IMG/VR virus record: IMGVR_UViG_3300021180_000005
Location: 1-64,000 of that record
Reading direction: 5' to 3' (one strand)
Length of the DNA: 64,000 bases
DNA from: a virus
The position numbers and the translations under genes are program-made. Below the pieces are notes generated by a model, which did no database searches, had not been told where the DNA came from, and was given only the letters and a program-made list of their open reading frames with translations. This document shows positions 9,762-18,075 of this stretch, in pieces; the first letter of the stretch is position 1; each line of letters opens with the position of its first letter.

Positions 9762-10332
9762 GCATCGTGGAACGCTGTATACTTACAGTGGCAAGATAGC
9801 GTTCCCCGGTGGAGCACCTTCACTGTTAGACACGGCAATCAGTCTGTCCAGAGAAGGCCGTTTCGCCGGGGCAGGGCAAAGGTTCTTTCCTGTAGCTCTG
9901 CATTGTTTTGTGGTCGCTGATTTGCTGCCTGATAGACTTAAATGGGACGGTCTGATGCATGACAATCCTGAGGTCATTACAGGGGACACTCCGAAACCAG
10001 CTAAGACTGATGAGATAGAAGCCTTTGAAGTAGAGCTATCACATGCAGCTTATAAACACCATAATGTAACTATTCCTAATTATGAAGAGCATAGGCTGAT
10101 AAAAGAAGCTGATCGTAAGGCTATGCGTGGAGAAGTATACACAGTAGGAAACATTTGGCTGCAGGAATTCTATGAACCTTGCCCTGAGGCCGAAGAACTG
10201 ATTTTTCATTACGTTAAAGAATACACCTACGAAGATATGCTTGAGGCGAGCGGTAGAGTGCCAATGGAATTCATGCGTAGGTTTAGGAAGTACAAATCTC
10301 AATTAGACCCAAATCGTTTAGTGACAACGTAA
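9754..10332 (+). CDS. HD-domain phosphohydrolase (YfbR-like deoxynucleotidase family)
   Basis: RFAG...VALH...LMHD..E..TGD.P.P.K...KEAD. Confidence 0.85.
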   Translation: MSEHRGTLYTYSGKIAFPGGAPSLLDTAISLSREGRFAGAGQRFFPVALHCFVVADLLPDRLKWDGLMHDNPEVITGDTPKPAKTDEIEAFEVELSHAAYKHHNVTIPNYEEHRLIKEADRKAMRGEVYTVGNIWLQEFYEPCPEAEELIFHYVKEYTYEDMLEASGRVPMEFMRRFRKYKSQLDPNRLVTT

Positions 10333-10343
10333 AGGAGAACACC

Positions 10344-11042
10344 ATGCCACGACGCACCCATGGTATGACCAATTCACCAGAGTACATAGCGTACAAGGAT
10401 GCAAAAGCACGCTGTGAAAATACTTCTCACAAGAAGTGGAAAGACTACGGTGGTCGTGGTATTAAGTTCCTGTTCTCTTCGTTTGAGGAGTTCTACAGCT
10501 TACTAGGTAAGCGTCCAAAGGGAAAATCTTTAGACAGATTTCCCAACAACGATGGAAATTACTGCCAAGGCAACGTTCGTTGGGCTACCACTAAACAACA
10601 ACAGAACAACCAAAGAAGGCGCACCGCCTCAACTAGCAACACAGGATTCATAGGAGTCTATAGACGGAAAAACAATGGAAAGTTTGCCGCTCGACTCATT
10701 GTGCAAGGTAAAAGATTTCACCTTGGAAACTTTGACACTTTAGAAAAAGCCGTAGAGGCTAGAAAACAACAGGAGAATATACATGTGCGCTGCACCAAAT
10801 ACATCGACCACGAAACCGGGACCATCTTCTACGACTACAACAGTCCTTACAAAGCCAGTACCAAAGTGGCTCAAGATGAAACAACAGAACAAGTCTTCAG
10901 CCGGAAAGACCGCAAAGCCTATCGTGAAGCCATCAAGCAGCGCACAGAAGCCTCAACAAGACACAAGAAACGCCAAGCGAGCACGCTGGGCAAAGAAGTC
11001 GTTGCCAAAACAAAAACCAGTAGCGCCAAAACAAGAGCCTAA
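10344..11042 (+). CDS. HNH-AP2 homing endonuclease with C-terminal extension
   Basis: YGGRGI, SLDR..NNDGNY..GNVRWAT..QQ.NN; AP2 domain GFIGV...KFAARL...HLGNF. Confidence 0.88.
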   Translation: MPRRTHGMTNSPEYIAYKDAKARCENTSHKKWKDYGGRGIKFLFSSFEEFYSLLGKRPKGKSLDRFPNNDGNYCQGNVRWATTKQQQNNQRRRTASTSNTGFIGVYRRKNNGKFAARLIVQGKRFHLGNFDTLEKAVEARKQQENIHVRCTKYIDHETGTIFYDYNSPYKASTKVAQDETTEQVFSRKDRKAYREAIKQRTEASTRHKKRQASTLGKEVVAKTKTSSAKTRA

Positions 11043-11280
11043 GTTTGAGTACATAACAGCGTGCTGTTCAGCGCCTGCACGTAAGCCAAAAGCTGGTCAA
11101 AGAGAAAGTGTAAAAGACCCAGATTCAGGAAAGATGAAAGACCAACCTAAAGGCTTAGGAAAATGGCGCTGTGCAGGTTGTGGTAAAATAGCAAAGGTAG
11201 CACCAAGGAAACCAAGTGCCGCACAAGAACCCAGCAGTTCGCAAAGCGTATCACAAACGCTACTACAAGCAGTACTATAA
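10783..11280 (+). CDS. basic Zn-binding hypothetical protein (start uncertain)
   Basis: AGGAG SD; CC...WRCAGC; overlaps previous ORF. Confidence 0.6.
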   Translation: MCAAPNTSTTKPGPSSTTTTVLTKPVPKWLKMKQQNKSSAGKTAKPIVKPSSSAQKPQQDTRNAKRARWAKKSLPKQKPVAPKQEPKFEYITACCSAPARKPKAGQRESVKDPDSGKMKDQPKGLGKWRCAGCGKIAKVAPRKPSAAQEPSSSQSVSQTLLQAVL

Positions 11281-11698
11281 GAAAAACAAGAAACACATAC
11301 TTCTGCTTCACAAACAGTGGCGTAAAAATGGTAAAGGTGCAGAAGCATCGCGGCGAAACAGAAAGAAATATCCACAGAAAGCACGCGATGCTTCTCGTGA
11401 GTGGTCAAAAAGAAACCCTGAGAAGCGCAGAGCAAGCAAACATACCTATAGAGCCAACAAACGTGGTAATGGTGGTTCCTATACTCCTACGCAATGGGCT
11501 GCACTATACAATAAACACAGAAACAGGTGCTTGTGCTGTGGCAAAAAGAAAAGACTATCACCAGACCATGTTGCTCCTATATCCAAAGGTGGGACAAGCA
11601 ACATAGGTAACATACAACCACTTTGTCTGCCTTGTAACCTTAGAAAAGGTAATAAATCTATAGACTACAGGAGAAAACATGAGGCAACTCAGGGCTAA
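11216..11698 (+). CDS. HNH homing endonuclease (paralogue of 3525..4022)
   Basis: CLCCG...DHVAPISKGG..NIGNIQPLCLPCN. Confidence 0.9.
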   Translation: MPHKNPAVRKAYHKRYYKQYYKKNKKHILLLHKQWRKNGKGAEASRRNRKKYPQKARDASREWSKRNPEKRRASKHTYRANKRGNGGSYTPTQWAALYNKHRNRCLCCGKKKRLSPDHVAPISKGGTSNIGNIQPLCLPCNLRKGNKSIDYRRKHEATQG

Positions 11699-11873
11699 CG
11701 ACTGGGAATACATCGTGGCGGGGGTCAATCTGATCCTCGCCTTCGTGGCACTGGCCGGACTGAAGCGTACGGGTGCCGATGCATTTGGCATGGCAGCAGT
11801 ATGGTGTTCTGCCACCTCGGTGTTTGTACTGATTCGCATTTTACGGAGAGTTATCAATGAGAGACAACGTTGA
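11679..11873 (+). CDS. small membrane protein
   Basis: two hydrophobic stretches, AGGAG SD. Confidence 0.65.
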   Translation: MRQLRANDWEYIVAGVNLILAFVALAGLKRTGADAFGMAAVWCSATSVFVLIRILRRVINERQR

Positions 11874-12264
11874 AGGCTTAGCATTTGCAATTTTCGTAAT
11901 CATCATGCTGGCGTTATTGTTGGTTGCTACGCCTTCCCATGGTGCCATTAGTAAACCGCATAGCAATTCCATTGGTGTTCCTATGTACTCAGAAAACCCT
12001 CTGATGTACCAAGCAGGGAGCTTATCTACTGGACCAGATGCCGCGTCGGTTGTTGATGGCAATCTAAACCTACGCATTCGTCCCATGGATACATACATGC
12101 TGTTTGATGAATCAATACTGTTCTGTGGTACGCCTACGGATAAATTTGATGGTGTAACAGAACCTATGGTATTAACATACGAACGCAAGGCACACCGCAC
12201 AGTACGCGGCCTTGGATGCCATGAGCTGGTACGCGTCGATTCTATAAAACCTAAGGGGAAGTAA
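11857..12264 (+). CDS. exported/membrane-anchored hypothetical protein
   Basis: N-terminal hydrophobic segment, GGAG SD. Confidence 0.65.
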   Translation: MRDNVEGLAFAIFVIIMLALLLVATPSHGAISKPHSNSIGVPMYSENPLMYQAGSLSTGPDAASVVDGNLNLRIRPMDTYMLFDESILFCGTPTDKFDGVTEPMVLTYERKAHRTVRGLGCHELVRVDSIKPKGK

Positions 12265-12392
12265 TGACATTTAACCACGACACAAAAGAGACGCTAAGGA
12301 CAGTTGATTCCGTAGTGTCAATCATCTTACAAATTGCACAGCTTATCATTACCAGCTACGGGTTATGGTATGTAATGCATCATTCACACTGA
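12264..12392 (+). CDS. small membrane protein (42 aa, not in ORF track)
   Basis: TAATG and TGATG coupling; hydrophobic core. Confidence 0.55.
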   Translation: MTFNHDTKETLRTVDSVVSIILQIAQLIITSYGLWYVMHHSH

Positions 12393-12778
12393 TGGCCTAC
12401 AAAAACAAAGCCAGCGATACAGCGTGGAGAAAGAAGAACGCCGCGCATCTTAGGAAGTATCATAGAGCGTGGATAAAAGATCATCCAGAGGCAGCATCTG
12501 ACTATTCTAGAACTGCACGTACTGCTGTTAAGATAGAAGTACTTTCTCACTATGGCAAAGGCGGTAAATTGATGTGTTGTTGGCCTAAGTGTAAAATTAA
12601 AGACGTGGACATGCTTACGCTTGATCACGAAAAAGATGATGGTGCAAAGAAAAGAAAGAACGGAGAGAAAACAGGGTATAATGGGTATAGAGACCTTAGG
12701 AAGTTAAACTACTCAGATGGATACCAAACTCTTTGTTGTAACCACAATCAGAAAAAAGAAATGATGAGGAGACGATAA
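12392..12778 (+). CDS. HNH-like endonuclease
   Basis: HYG..CC...LTLDH...QTLCCNHN; start at ATG 12392. Confidence 0.75.
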   Translation: MAYKNKASDTAWRKKNAAHLRKYHRAWIKDHPEAASDYSRTARTAVKIEVLSHYGKGGKLMCCWPKCKIKDVDMLTLDHEKDDGAKKRKNGEKTGYNGYRDLRKLNYSDGYQTLCCNHNQKKEMMRRR

Positions 12779-12780
12779 GT

Positions 12781-13173
12781 ATGTGGACGTATTCGCAGAC
12801 TTCTGGTAAGTTTTATAATCCACAAGGAAAATGCATATCTACAGGCTACGCTGGAGGCAACTGTGGAAAGAACAAAGAAGGACTAAACAACCCTGACATG
12901 CAAGACCAAGCAAAGATAGGTCCTTTGCCCGAAGGTTTGTATAAACGCGGTAAGCTGGTACCTCAGTCTCATTTGGGCAAGGACGCTATTGAGCTGGTTC
13001 CTGACCCTAACAATGAAATGTTTGGGCGTAGCGATTTCTTCCTTCACGGTGACACTGTGCCATCCGGTAACGCTTCTGAAGGTTGTATCATACAGCCACA
13101 TGACGCGCGTATGGAATTCAACACCTCAGATGATGACCAAATTCAAGTAGTGAGGTCCATGGATGCTTCATGA
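12781..13173 (+). CDS. DUF2778/Tlde1-like L,D-transpeptidase-fold protein
   Basis: WTYSQ.SG, GPLPEGLY, GRSDFFLHGD...ASEGCI. Confidence 0.85.
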   Translation: MWTYSQTSGKFYNPQGKCISTGYAGGNCGKNKEGLNNPDMQDQAKIGPLPEGLYKRGKLVPQSHLGKDAIELVPDPNNEMFGRSDFFLHGDTVPSGNASEGCIIQPHDARMEFNTSDDDQIQVVRSMDAS

Positions 13174-13318
13174 TATTAACTGGGGCAATGTTATTGCATG
13201 GTCTGGGGTGATCCAAAGTACAGGTGCGGCCATTGGTTACGCCTTTGCCAAGGATTACCGCCATGCATTATACTTTCTATTCGCGGCGGCAATTACATTG
13301 GTAGTGATATGGAAATGA
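13163..13318 (+). CDS. small membrane protein (51 aa, not in ORF track)
   Basis: MLHDINWGNVIAWSGVIQSTGAAIGYAFAKDYRHALYFLFAAAITLVVIWK; GAGG SD. Confidence 0.6.
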   Translation: MLHDINWGNVIAWSGVIQSTGAAIGYAFAKDYRHALYFLFAAAITLVVIWK

Positions 13319-13509
13319 CCACAAGAGTAAGAGGTTTCATCGGGGCGCTTATGTTTGGCATGGCAGAATGGGCCAACTTCCACTACAACCTGAAATACCC
13401 GAACGAAGGCATGGGATTCATGCTCACCTTCTTCGCGTTCATACTAGCGATGTGCTTTCTAGGCTGTTTGATTGAGTTTTTGATTGGCGAAAGTTGCCAA
13501 GGCAAGTGA
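13315..13509 (+). CDS. small membrane protein
   Basis: ATGA coupling; hydrophobic segments. Confidence 0.55.
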   Translation: MTTRVRGFIGALMFGMAEWANFHYNLKYPNEGMGFMLTFFAFILAMCFLGCLIEFLIGESCQGK

Positions 13510-13811
13510 CAAGCGGTTCACGAGAACCGCAGACAAAGGAGCTTATGAGTAGTTTTCCAAGTGAAGCAGGAGAGTTCAGATTCAAAGCAGGAGATGTCGT
13601 TTGGGTTCGAGATGTGGGTAGCAACGGTTACGGCTATAAACTCACGAAGGCGACAGTTCGAGACCAGCACTATCACCCAGACCGTCATCCGGGGTATCCA
13701 AACGGTGAGGGGTATACCTTGGACGGGGAGTTGTGGTGGGACTGTTATCCCGGTTGCCGCGTCTTTGCTTCGCGGGAAGAAGCAGCGAAAGCCCGAATAC
13801 CAAAGTACTGA
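13494..13811 (+). CDS. hypothetical protein (start may be internal)
   Basis: ORF with FKAGDVVWV motif. Confidence 0.55.
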   Translation: MPRQVTSGSREPQTKELMSSFPSEAGEFRFKAGDVVWVRDVGSNGYGYKLTKATVRDQHYHPDRHPGYPNGEGYTLDGELWWDCYPGCRVFASREEAAKARIPKY

Positions 13812-13845
13812 CCAGCGGTCTGCTCAACCCTCAGACGGAGGAACA

Positions 13846-14031
13846 ATGAAGGTAAAAGTTAAAGTTCGCAAGAGATACCGATCTTGGGGTGTAAACCTCG
13901 TGGTCGGAAACCAATCATTCTGGCTAGACTTCTACGGTCCTTGGGCCGATGCACGATGGATGGCAGGAATGCTTAAAATAGCCCTGACTAACGCCGGGGC
14001 TTCGGTTAATATGTATAAAAAGTGCAAGTAA
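13846..14031 (+). CDS. hypothetical protein
   Basis: GGAGG SD, MKVKVKVRKRY... Confidence 0.6.
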   Translation: MKVKVKVRKRYRSWGVNLVVGNQSFWLDFYGPWADARWMAGMLKIALTNAGASVNMYKKCK

Positions 14032-14067
14032 CATTTGCAATCACAGTAGTTGTCATTTGGAGGTAGT

Positions 14068-14160
14068 ATGATCGGTAAAACGTTTGGTCTATTAACAGTG
14101 CTAAAAGGACCAAAGAAATCAGGGCGCTACTTAAAGTGGTTTACAAAGAGAATATCATGA
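14068..14160 (+). pseudogene. N-terminal remnant of an HNH-type homing endonuclease
   Basis: GGAGG SD; MIGKTFGLLTVLK resembles GxxFGxxTV starts of intact endonucleases here; stops after 30 aa. Confidence 0.55.
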
Positions 14161-14465
14161 ATGATCCTATAGTGGACATGGAAGACTACGGAAAAAGATT
14201 AGATCACCTTATGCAATTGCAAAACACTTGGAGCACTGTGTATGCTAGGCTCACTGCTCCTAACATCTTCCACACTGACCTAGAGAAAGCTCGCGCCCTT
14301 AGTCTGGAAATTGCGTTGGACCTATTGCAATATTACATGGAAATGGGTTATACTGATGTCACTTACGCACGAGACATTAATGCCCTTCCTAAAAATCCAA
14401 AGGAGATACCAGATGACAAGAAACATATTTCTGAGCCTTTTACTACTCATCGTGACACAGTTTAG
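14157..14465 (+). CDS. hypothetical protein
   Basis: ORF, ATGA coupling. Confidence 0.55.
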   Translation: MNDPIVDMEDYGKRLDHLMQLQNTWSTVYARLTAPNIFHTDLEKARALSLEIALDLLQYYMEMGYTDVTYARDINALPKNPKEIPDDKKHISEPFTTHRDTV

Positions 14466-15489
14466 CGTTGCACAGACACAGGATAAAGTAAAAGTTTTTG
14501 CTCATGCAATTGCACGTACAGAAGGCTTCTACGTTAAAAATACGATCCCAAATAGGTGCCATAACCCCGGAGATTTGACAGAGCTGCCACACGGAGCAGT
14601 TTACCCCGGACAGGTAGGGGTTCTCAGAAAGAACCATATGGCCTATGTCCGCTTCAGGGACAATGCCGCAGGCTATGCCGCGCTATACCATCAGGTTGAG
14701 AAGATGCTGAATGGTAAATCAAAGTTTTACACGCAGACCATGACTCTGCAACAGGTCGGTAAGTTATACGCAGGTAACTCCCGGCTCTGGGCGAAGAACT
14801 TATCTTATTGTCTTGGGGTTTCGTCCAGTACGACTCTAGAGGACTACTTTGAGTTGCCGCCCCAAGTAAAGTTCGAAATCAAACCATACCCATTAGGAGG
14901 TAACATGAAAATTGGAATTGACATGGACGATGTGTGTTGTGATTTTCAAAGTTCATATGTACGACTGTTGAACAAAGTGTTTGGAAAGCCACCAATAGGT
15001 ACTGCTCCAATTGACTGGGAAGGCTCTAATCTTCAATTAAACGCAGAAGAAACAAAACAGTCGTGGGAAGAAGTGGCTAAGGTACCAGATTTCTGGGCAA
15101 CTCTTTCTCCTTTATCTAGTTTTGATAAAGAAACTATAGAGTTGTTACATAGTGCTCATTACAGACATGATGTATTTTTCATAACCTGCCGCTTTTCTAC
15201 TCCCGGCGATAGTCCTTTGAAACAAAGCAAGTACTGGTTACGTGCGAATGCAGATATTGCTGCCCCGAATGTTATCATCGCTAAAGATAAAGGACCAGTA
15301 GCAACTATATTAGAGCTGGACGCTTTTGCAGATGATAGACCGAAGAACGTTGTAGATGTACAGATGGCACGGCCTAGTGCAAAGGTATATTTGGTGGACT
15401 CTTCACACAACCAGCCGTTCATCAGTACAATCATTCCGCGCATCAAAGACCTAAAGGAATTTCTGAAGTTAATATTGGAGGCAAACTAA
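14413..15489 (+). CDS. in-frame fusion: signal peptide + NPGDL domain, then HAD 5'(3')-deoxyribonucleotidase with own start at 14905
   Basis: AGGAG SD before 14413; AGGAGG SD before internal ATG 14905 (MKIGIDMDDV..DF, DDRP). Confidence 0.8.
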   Translation: MTRNIFLSLLLLIVTQFSVAQTQDKVKVFAHAIARTEGFYVKNTIPNRCHNPGDLTELPHGAVYPGQVGVLRKNHMAYVRFRDNAAGYAALYHQVEKMLNGKSKFYTQTMTLQQVGKLYAGNSRLWAKNLSYCLGVSSSTTLEDYFELPPQVKFEIKPYPLGGNMKIGIDMDDVCCDFQSSYVRLLNKVFGKPPIGTAPIDWEGSNLQLNAEETKQSWEEVAKVPDFWATLSPLSSFDKETIELLHSAHYRHDVFFITCRFSTPGDSPLKQSKYWLRANADIAAPNVIIAKDKGPVATILELDAFADDRPKNVVDVQMARPSAKVYLVDSSHNQPFISTIIPRIKDLKEFLKLILEAN

Positions 15490-15507
15490 TGGGTCACTGG
15501 AATCACC

Positions 15508-15618
15508 GTATACAGAGCACGGTGGAACCCAACACCCGGCATAAGAGAAAGCATAGGAGTCTTCAGGACTTACGAATAAGCTAAAGCAGCAAGAGACGAA
15601 AAGATAGCTACCCTGTAA
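15508..15618 (+). pseudogene. AP2-domain remnant with premature stop
   Basis: VYRARWNPTPGIRESIGVFRTYE*AKAARDEKIATL. Confidence 0.55.
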
Positions 15619-15627
15619 AGGAGATAA

Positions 15628-16695
15628 ATGTCAACAGCAGGTACAAAACGCGTTCTAGATTTAAATCAAAGAAGCCCAGAAGTGGAAACTCTTGTGCAAA
15701 CCCTTAATAAACGTATTGTGGGTCAACCTGAAGCCGTGAACGTACTTGCTGACATAGTAGAGACGTACCAATCTGGTCTGTGTGACCCTAATAGACCTGC
15801 AGGTGCAGCGTTATTTATGGGTGTTACAGGGAGTGGAAAAACTGCAACTGTAGAAGCAGCTTGTGAAGCTTTGTTTGGCAGTCCTCGCGCATGTGTAAAA
15901 ATAGATGCCACTGAGTTTCAATTTTCCCATGAGGTAGCAAAGCTGGTAGGAAGTCCCGCTGGGTACCTTGGTCACCGCGAGACTCCTGCATTGTTGAACC
16001 AAAAGCGTCTACAAGCATTTCACACCAAAAAGCTAAAACTTGGAATTGTGCTGATCGATGAAATAGAGAAAGCCAGCGATGCCCTATGGCAACTGTTGTT
16101 GGGCATTTTGGATAAAGCTACGTTAACTCTTGGGGATACATCTGTGGTTAATTTTAGCCAGTCTATCATTGTGATGACCTCTAACCTAGGAGCTAAGGAC
16201 ATGTCTAGGCTAATGCTAGGTCAAGGACTTGGGTATCATGCAGAGAAAGTAGTTACAGTAGACAAAGGCAAGATTACGGACATTGCCAAGCAAGCTGCAG
16301 TTAAACATTTCACCCCAGAATTCTTGAACCGGGTAGACTACACCGTAGTGTTTAATCCTTTAACCGAAAATGACATTCGTAAAGTAATGCACATTGAACT
16401 AGGTTTGGTACAAAAGACAATGTGGGATGTAGGTAAGTTTATTTACCAATTAACTGATGCCGCAAAAGAGAAAATACTAGAGGAAGGGTTCAGTAAGGAG
16501 TATGGAGCTAGAAACCTTAAACGCACTATTGAGAAGCGTATACGTATGCCTCTAGCTAGGCTTTTGGCTTCAGGGCAAATTGCTCAAGGGGACTGCGTAG
16601 TAATAAGTGATTCTGGTCAAGAGCAATTTGAGTTCTCTATTCAATCGTTACAATCCACCGCTGTTAAATTCACAGACACAAAGGAAATTCTATGA
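15628..16695 (+). CDS. ClpB/ClpA-like AAA+ ATPase (second ATPase module only)
   Basis: IVGQPEA, GVTGSGKT, LVGSPAGYLG, IDEIEKA, MTSNLG, PEFLNRVD, YGARNLKR. Confidence 0.92.
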   Translation: MSTAGTKRVLDLNQRSPEVETLVQTLNKRIVGQPEAVNVLADIVETYQSGLCDPNRPAGAALFMGVTGSGKTATVEAACEALFGSPRACVKIDATEFQFSHEVAKLVGSPAGYLGHRETPALLNQKRLQAFHTKKLKLGIVLIDEIEKASDALWQLLLGILDKATLTLGDTSVVNFSQSIIVMTSNLGAKDMSRLMLGQGLGYHAEKVVTVDKGKITDIAKQAAVKHFTPEFLNRVDYTVVFNPLTENDIRKVMHIELGLVQKTMWDVGKFIYQLTDAAKEKILEEGFSKEYGARNLKRTIEKRIRMPLARLLASGQIAQGDCVVISDSGQEQFEFSIQSLQSTAVKFTDTKEIL

Positions 16696-16907
16696 TCATT
16701 GACCCGCTGTTTGACACGACACAGTTAAGCGCTGATGGCTTAATGAAGTTAAAAGAAATTCGCATTGCTTTTACCAACCTTTTATACCAGCTACGAGACA
16801 CAGTGCCCACTACTGGAAGAGAATGGGCAATTGTTCAGACTAAACTAGAGGAAGCATCCTTCTTCGCTGTGAAGTCTCTAAAGAACCAACAATCCAACCG
16901 AGAGTAG
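16692..16907 (+). CDS. small hypothetical protein (Acb2/Tad1-like hairpin fold possible)
   Basis: GREWAIVQTKLEEASFFAVKS resembles the RE.S...TKLEEA..WA motif of that small phage family. Confidence 0.5.
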   Translation: MIIDPLFDTTQLSADGLMKLKEIRIAFTNLLYQLRDTVPTTGREWAIVQTKLEEASFFAVKSLKNQQSNRE

Positions 16908-16911
16908 ATAC

Positions 16912-16980
16912 AAAAAAAAATAGCCCTCAAACTGAGGAGCAGGCCGCTAGGTCTGTTCTTTAGTTTGAGGGCTATTTCTA
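16912..16980. terminator. bidirectional intrinsic terminator between convergent arms
   Basis: ~27-bp stem AATAGCCCTCAAACTGAGGAGCAGGCC/GGTCTGTTCTTTAGTTTGAGGGCTATT with A9 on the left and T-rich right side. Confidence 0.85.
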
Positions 16981-16981
16981 T

Positions 16982-17128
16982 TTATGGCTTACAGATACTT
17001 TGACAGCCGGAACCGGTACATCCCGATACACAACAACAATTAGTTGCTCCTCCATCTGCTTTGGCAGTGGATACAGTTGACGTTGCAAAAACAATTAGCA
17101 ATGCAACCATGATAAGTGTCTTAATCAT
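16982..17128 (-). CDS. secreted cysteine-rich miniprotein (48 aa, not in ORF track)
   Basis: GAGG SD; MIKTLIMVALLIVFATSTVSTAKA-DGGATNCCCVSGCTGSGCQSICKP. Confidence 0.7.
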   Translation of the reverse strand: MIKTLIMVALLIVFATSTVSTAKADGGATNCCCVSGCTGSGCQSICKP

Positions 17129-17140
17129 ATTATTTTCCTC

Positions 17141-17515
17141 TTAATTCCATCCAATACCTAGTAGCTTCTGCCACCAAGAGTATTTCTTTGTGCGATCAAT
17201 CTTACCGCCATTGTTGAGGTAGCGCCATTTAACGCCGCCTTGGATATGTCCTGCGCCAGACGTAATGAGTCCTCCAATTGAACCTCCGATGCATACCGGA
17301 TTCGGGATTAGACTCAGTGCTGCTAGGCCAACTGTCTTGCCAAGATTGTAAGTGAGCACTGCGGAAGATACAGGCATGACCTTTGCCAATGCGTTTATGA
17401 CTCCATTGGCTTCTAGGGCTACTCCTGCTTTAAGACCGCGAACTGTCTCGTACATATCAAATCCGCCTGCTATCAAATCAAAAGCTACGAGAGGTAGAAC
17501 GTATAGATGAATCAT
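17141..17515 (-). CDS. membrane protein (DUF5658-like)
   Basis: D...T..GL..G..EAN motif, hydrophobic. Confidence 0.6.
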   Translation of the reverse strand: MIHLYVLPLVAFDLIAGGFDMYETVRGLKAGVALEANGVINALAKVMPVSSAVLTYNLGKTVGLAALSLIPNPVCIGGSIGGLITSGAGHIQGGVKWRYLNNGGKIDRTKKYSWWQKLLGIGWN

Positions 17516-17523
17516 GTGTCTCC

Positions 17524-17895
17524 TTATACATTATCTGATGTGCAGTTACCTGCAGCGGTAGTAATGGTTGTTAAACTAGACACCAGCAATACGCTGAGTA
17601 TAGCGTTTAAGCCAGACCCGGAAATTGCTGTGCAAACTCCTAGGACAGTGATGTCATCACCCTTCACTCCATAGTAATTACCGCCGAAGCTTACGGCTGT
17701 GTGAGATGCATCGCTTTGCTGTTCCACAGCGTTTGCATCGTTAGCTTTAATTGAAATGGTGCCTGTGTCTAGCGGTGCCTGTGCGGTTACCGTTGCGAGC
17801 GAACCAGAACCTGTATATGAAACAACTTTTGCCGTGATGGAGACGTGGTCTCCAACGTTAATGGTACCGCCGTTTTTTGAAATGCCTGTAGCCAT
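17524..17895 (-). CDS. hypothetical protein, two tandem beta-rich repeats
   Basis: VGDHVSITAKVVS / KGDDITVLGVCTA; resembles 43745..43993. Confidence 0.7.
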   Translation of the reverse strand: MATGISKNGGTINVGDHVSITAKVVSYTGSGSLATVTAQAPLDTGTISIKANDANAVEQQSDASHTAVSFGGNYYGVKGDDITVLGVCTAISGSGLNAILSVLLVSSLTTITTAAGNCTSDNV

Positions 17896-17915
17896 GAAAA
17901 CTCCTATGTAAAATT

Positions 17916-17991
17916 TGGTAGGGCGACTCGGACTCGAACCGAGGTTGCAGCGTTTTGGAGACGCGCCGATTGGCCGCTATCTTATCCCCCT
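17916..17991 (-). tRNA. tRNA-Trp (CCA)
   Basis: cloverleaf, anticodon loop CTCCAAA, GTTCGAGTC T arm, encoded CCA; one G.G mismatch in acceptor stem. Confidence 0.88.
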
Positions 17992-17998
17992 GAAAGTC

Positions 17999-18072
17999 TG
18001 GAGGGTCCGCGTGAGATCGAATCACTTTCCCCAGAGTCACAGTCTGGAGCCGACACCAGTCGGTACGGACCC
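17999..18072 (-). tRNA. tRNA-His (GTG), atypical
   Basis: GGGTCCG/CGGACCC acceptor, CCAGA-CTGTGAC-TCTGG anticodon arm, TTCGATC loop, T discriminator + CCA. Confidence 0.8.
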
Positions 18073-18075
18073 TTG

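Noticed and set aside
805-12778. Introns or inteins around the early-arm endonucleases
   Set aside because: Helicase, primase-helicase and RecA are uninterrupted; no group I core or intein ends seen, so these nucleases are free-standing.
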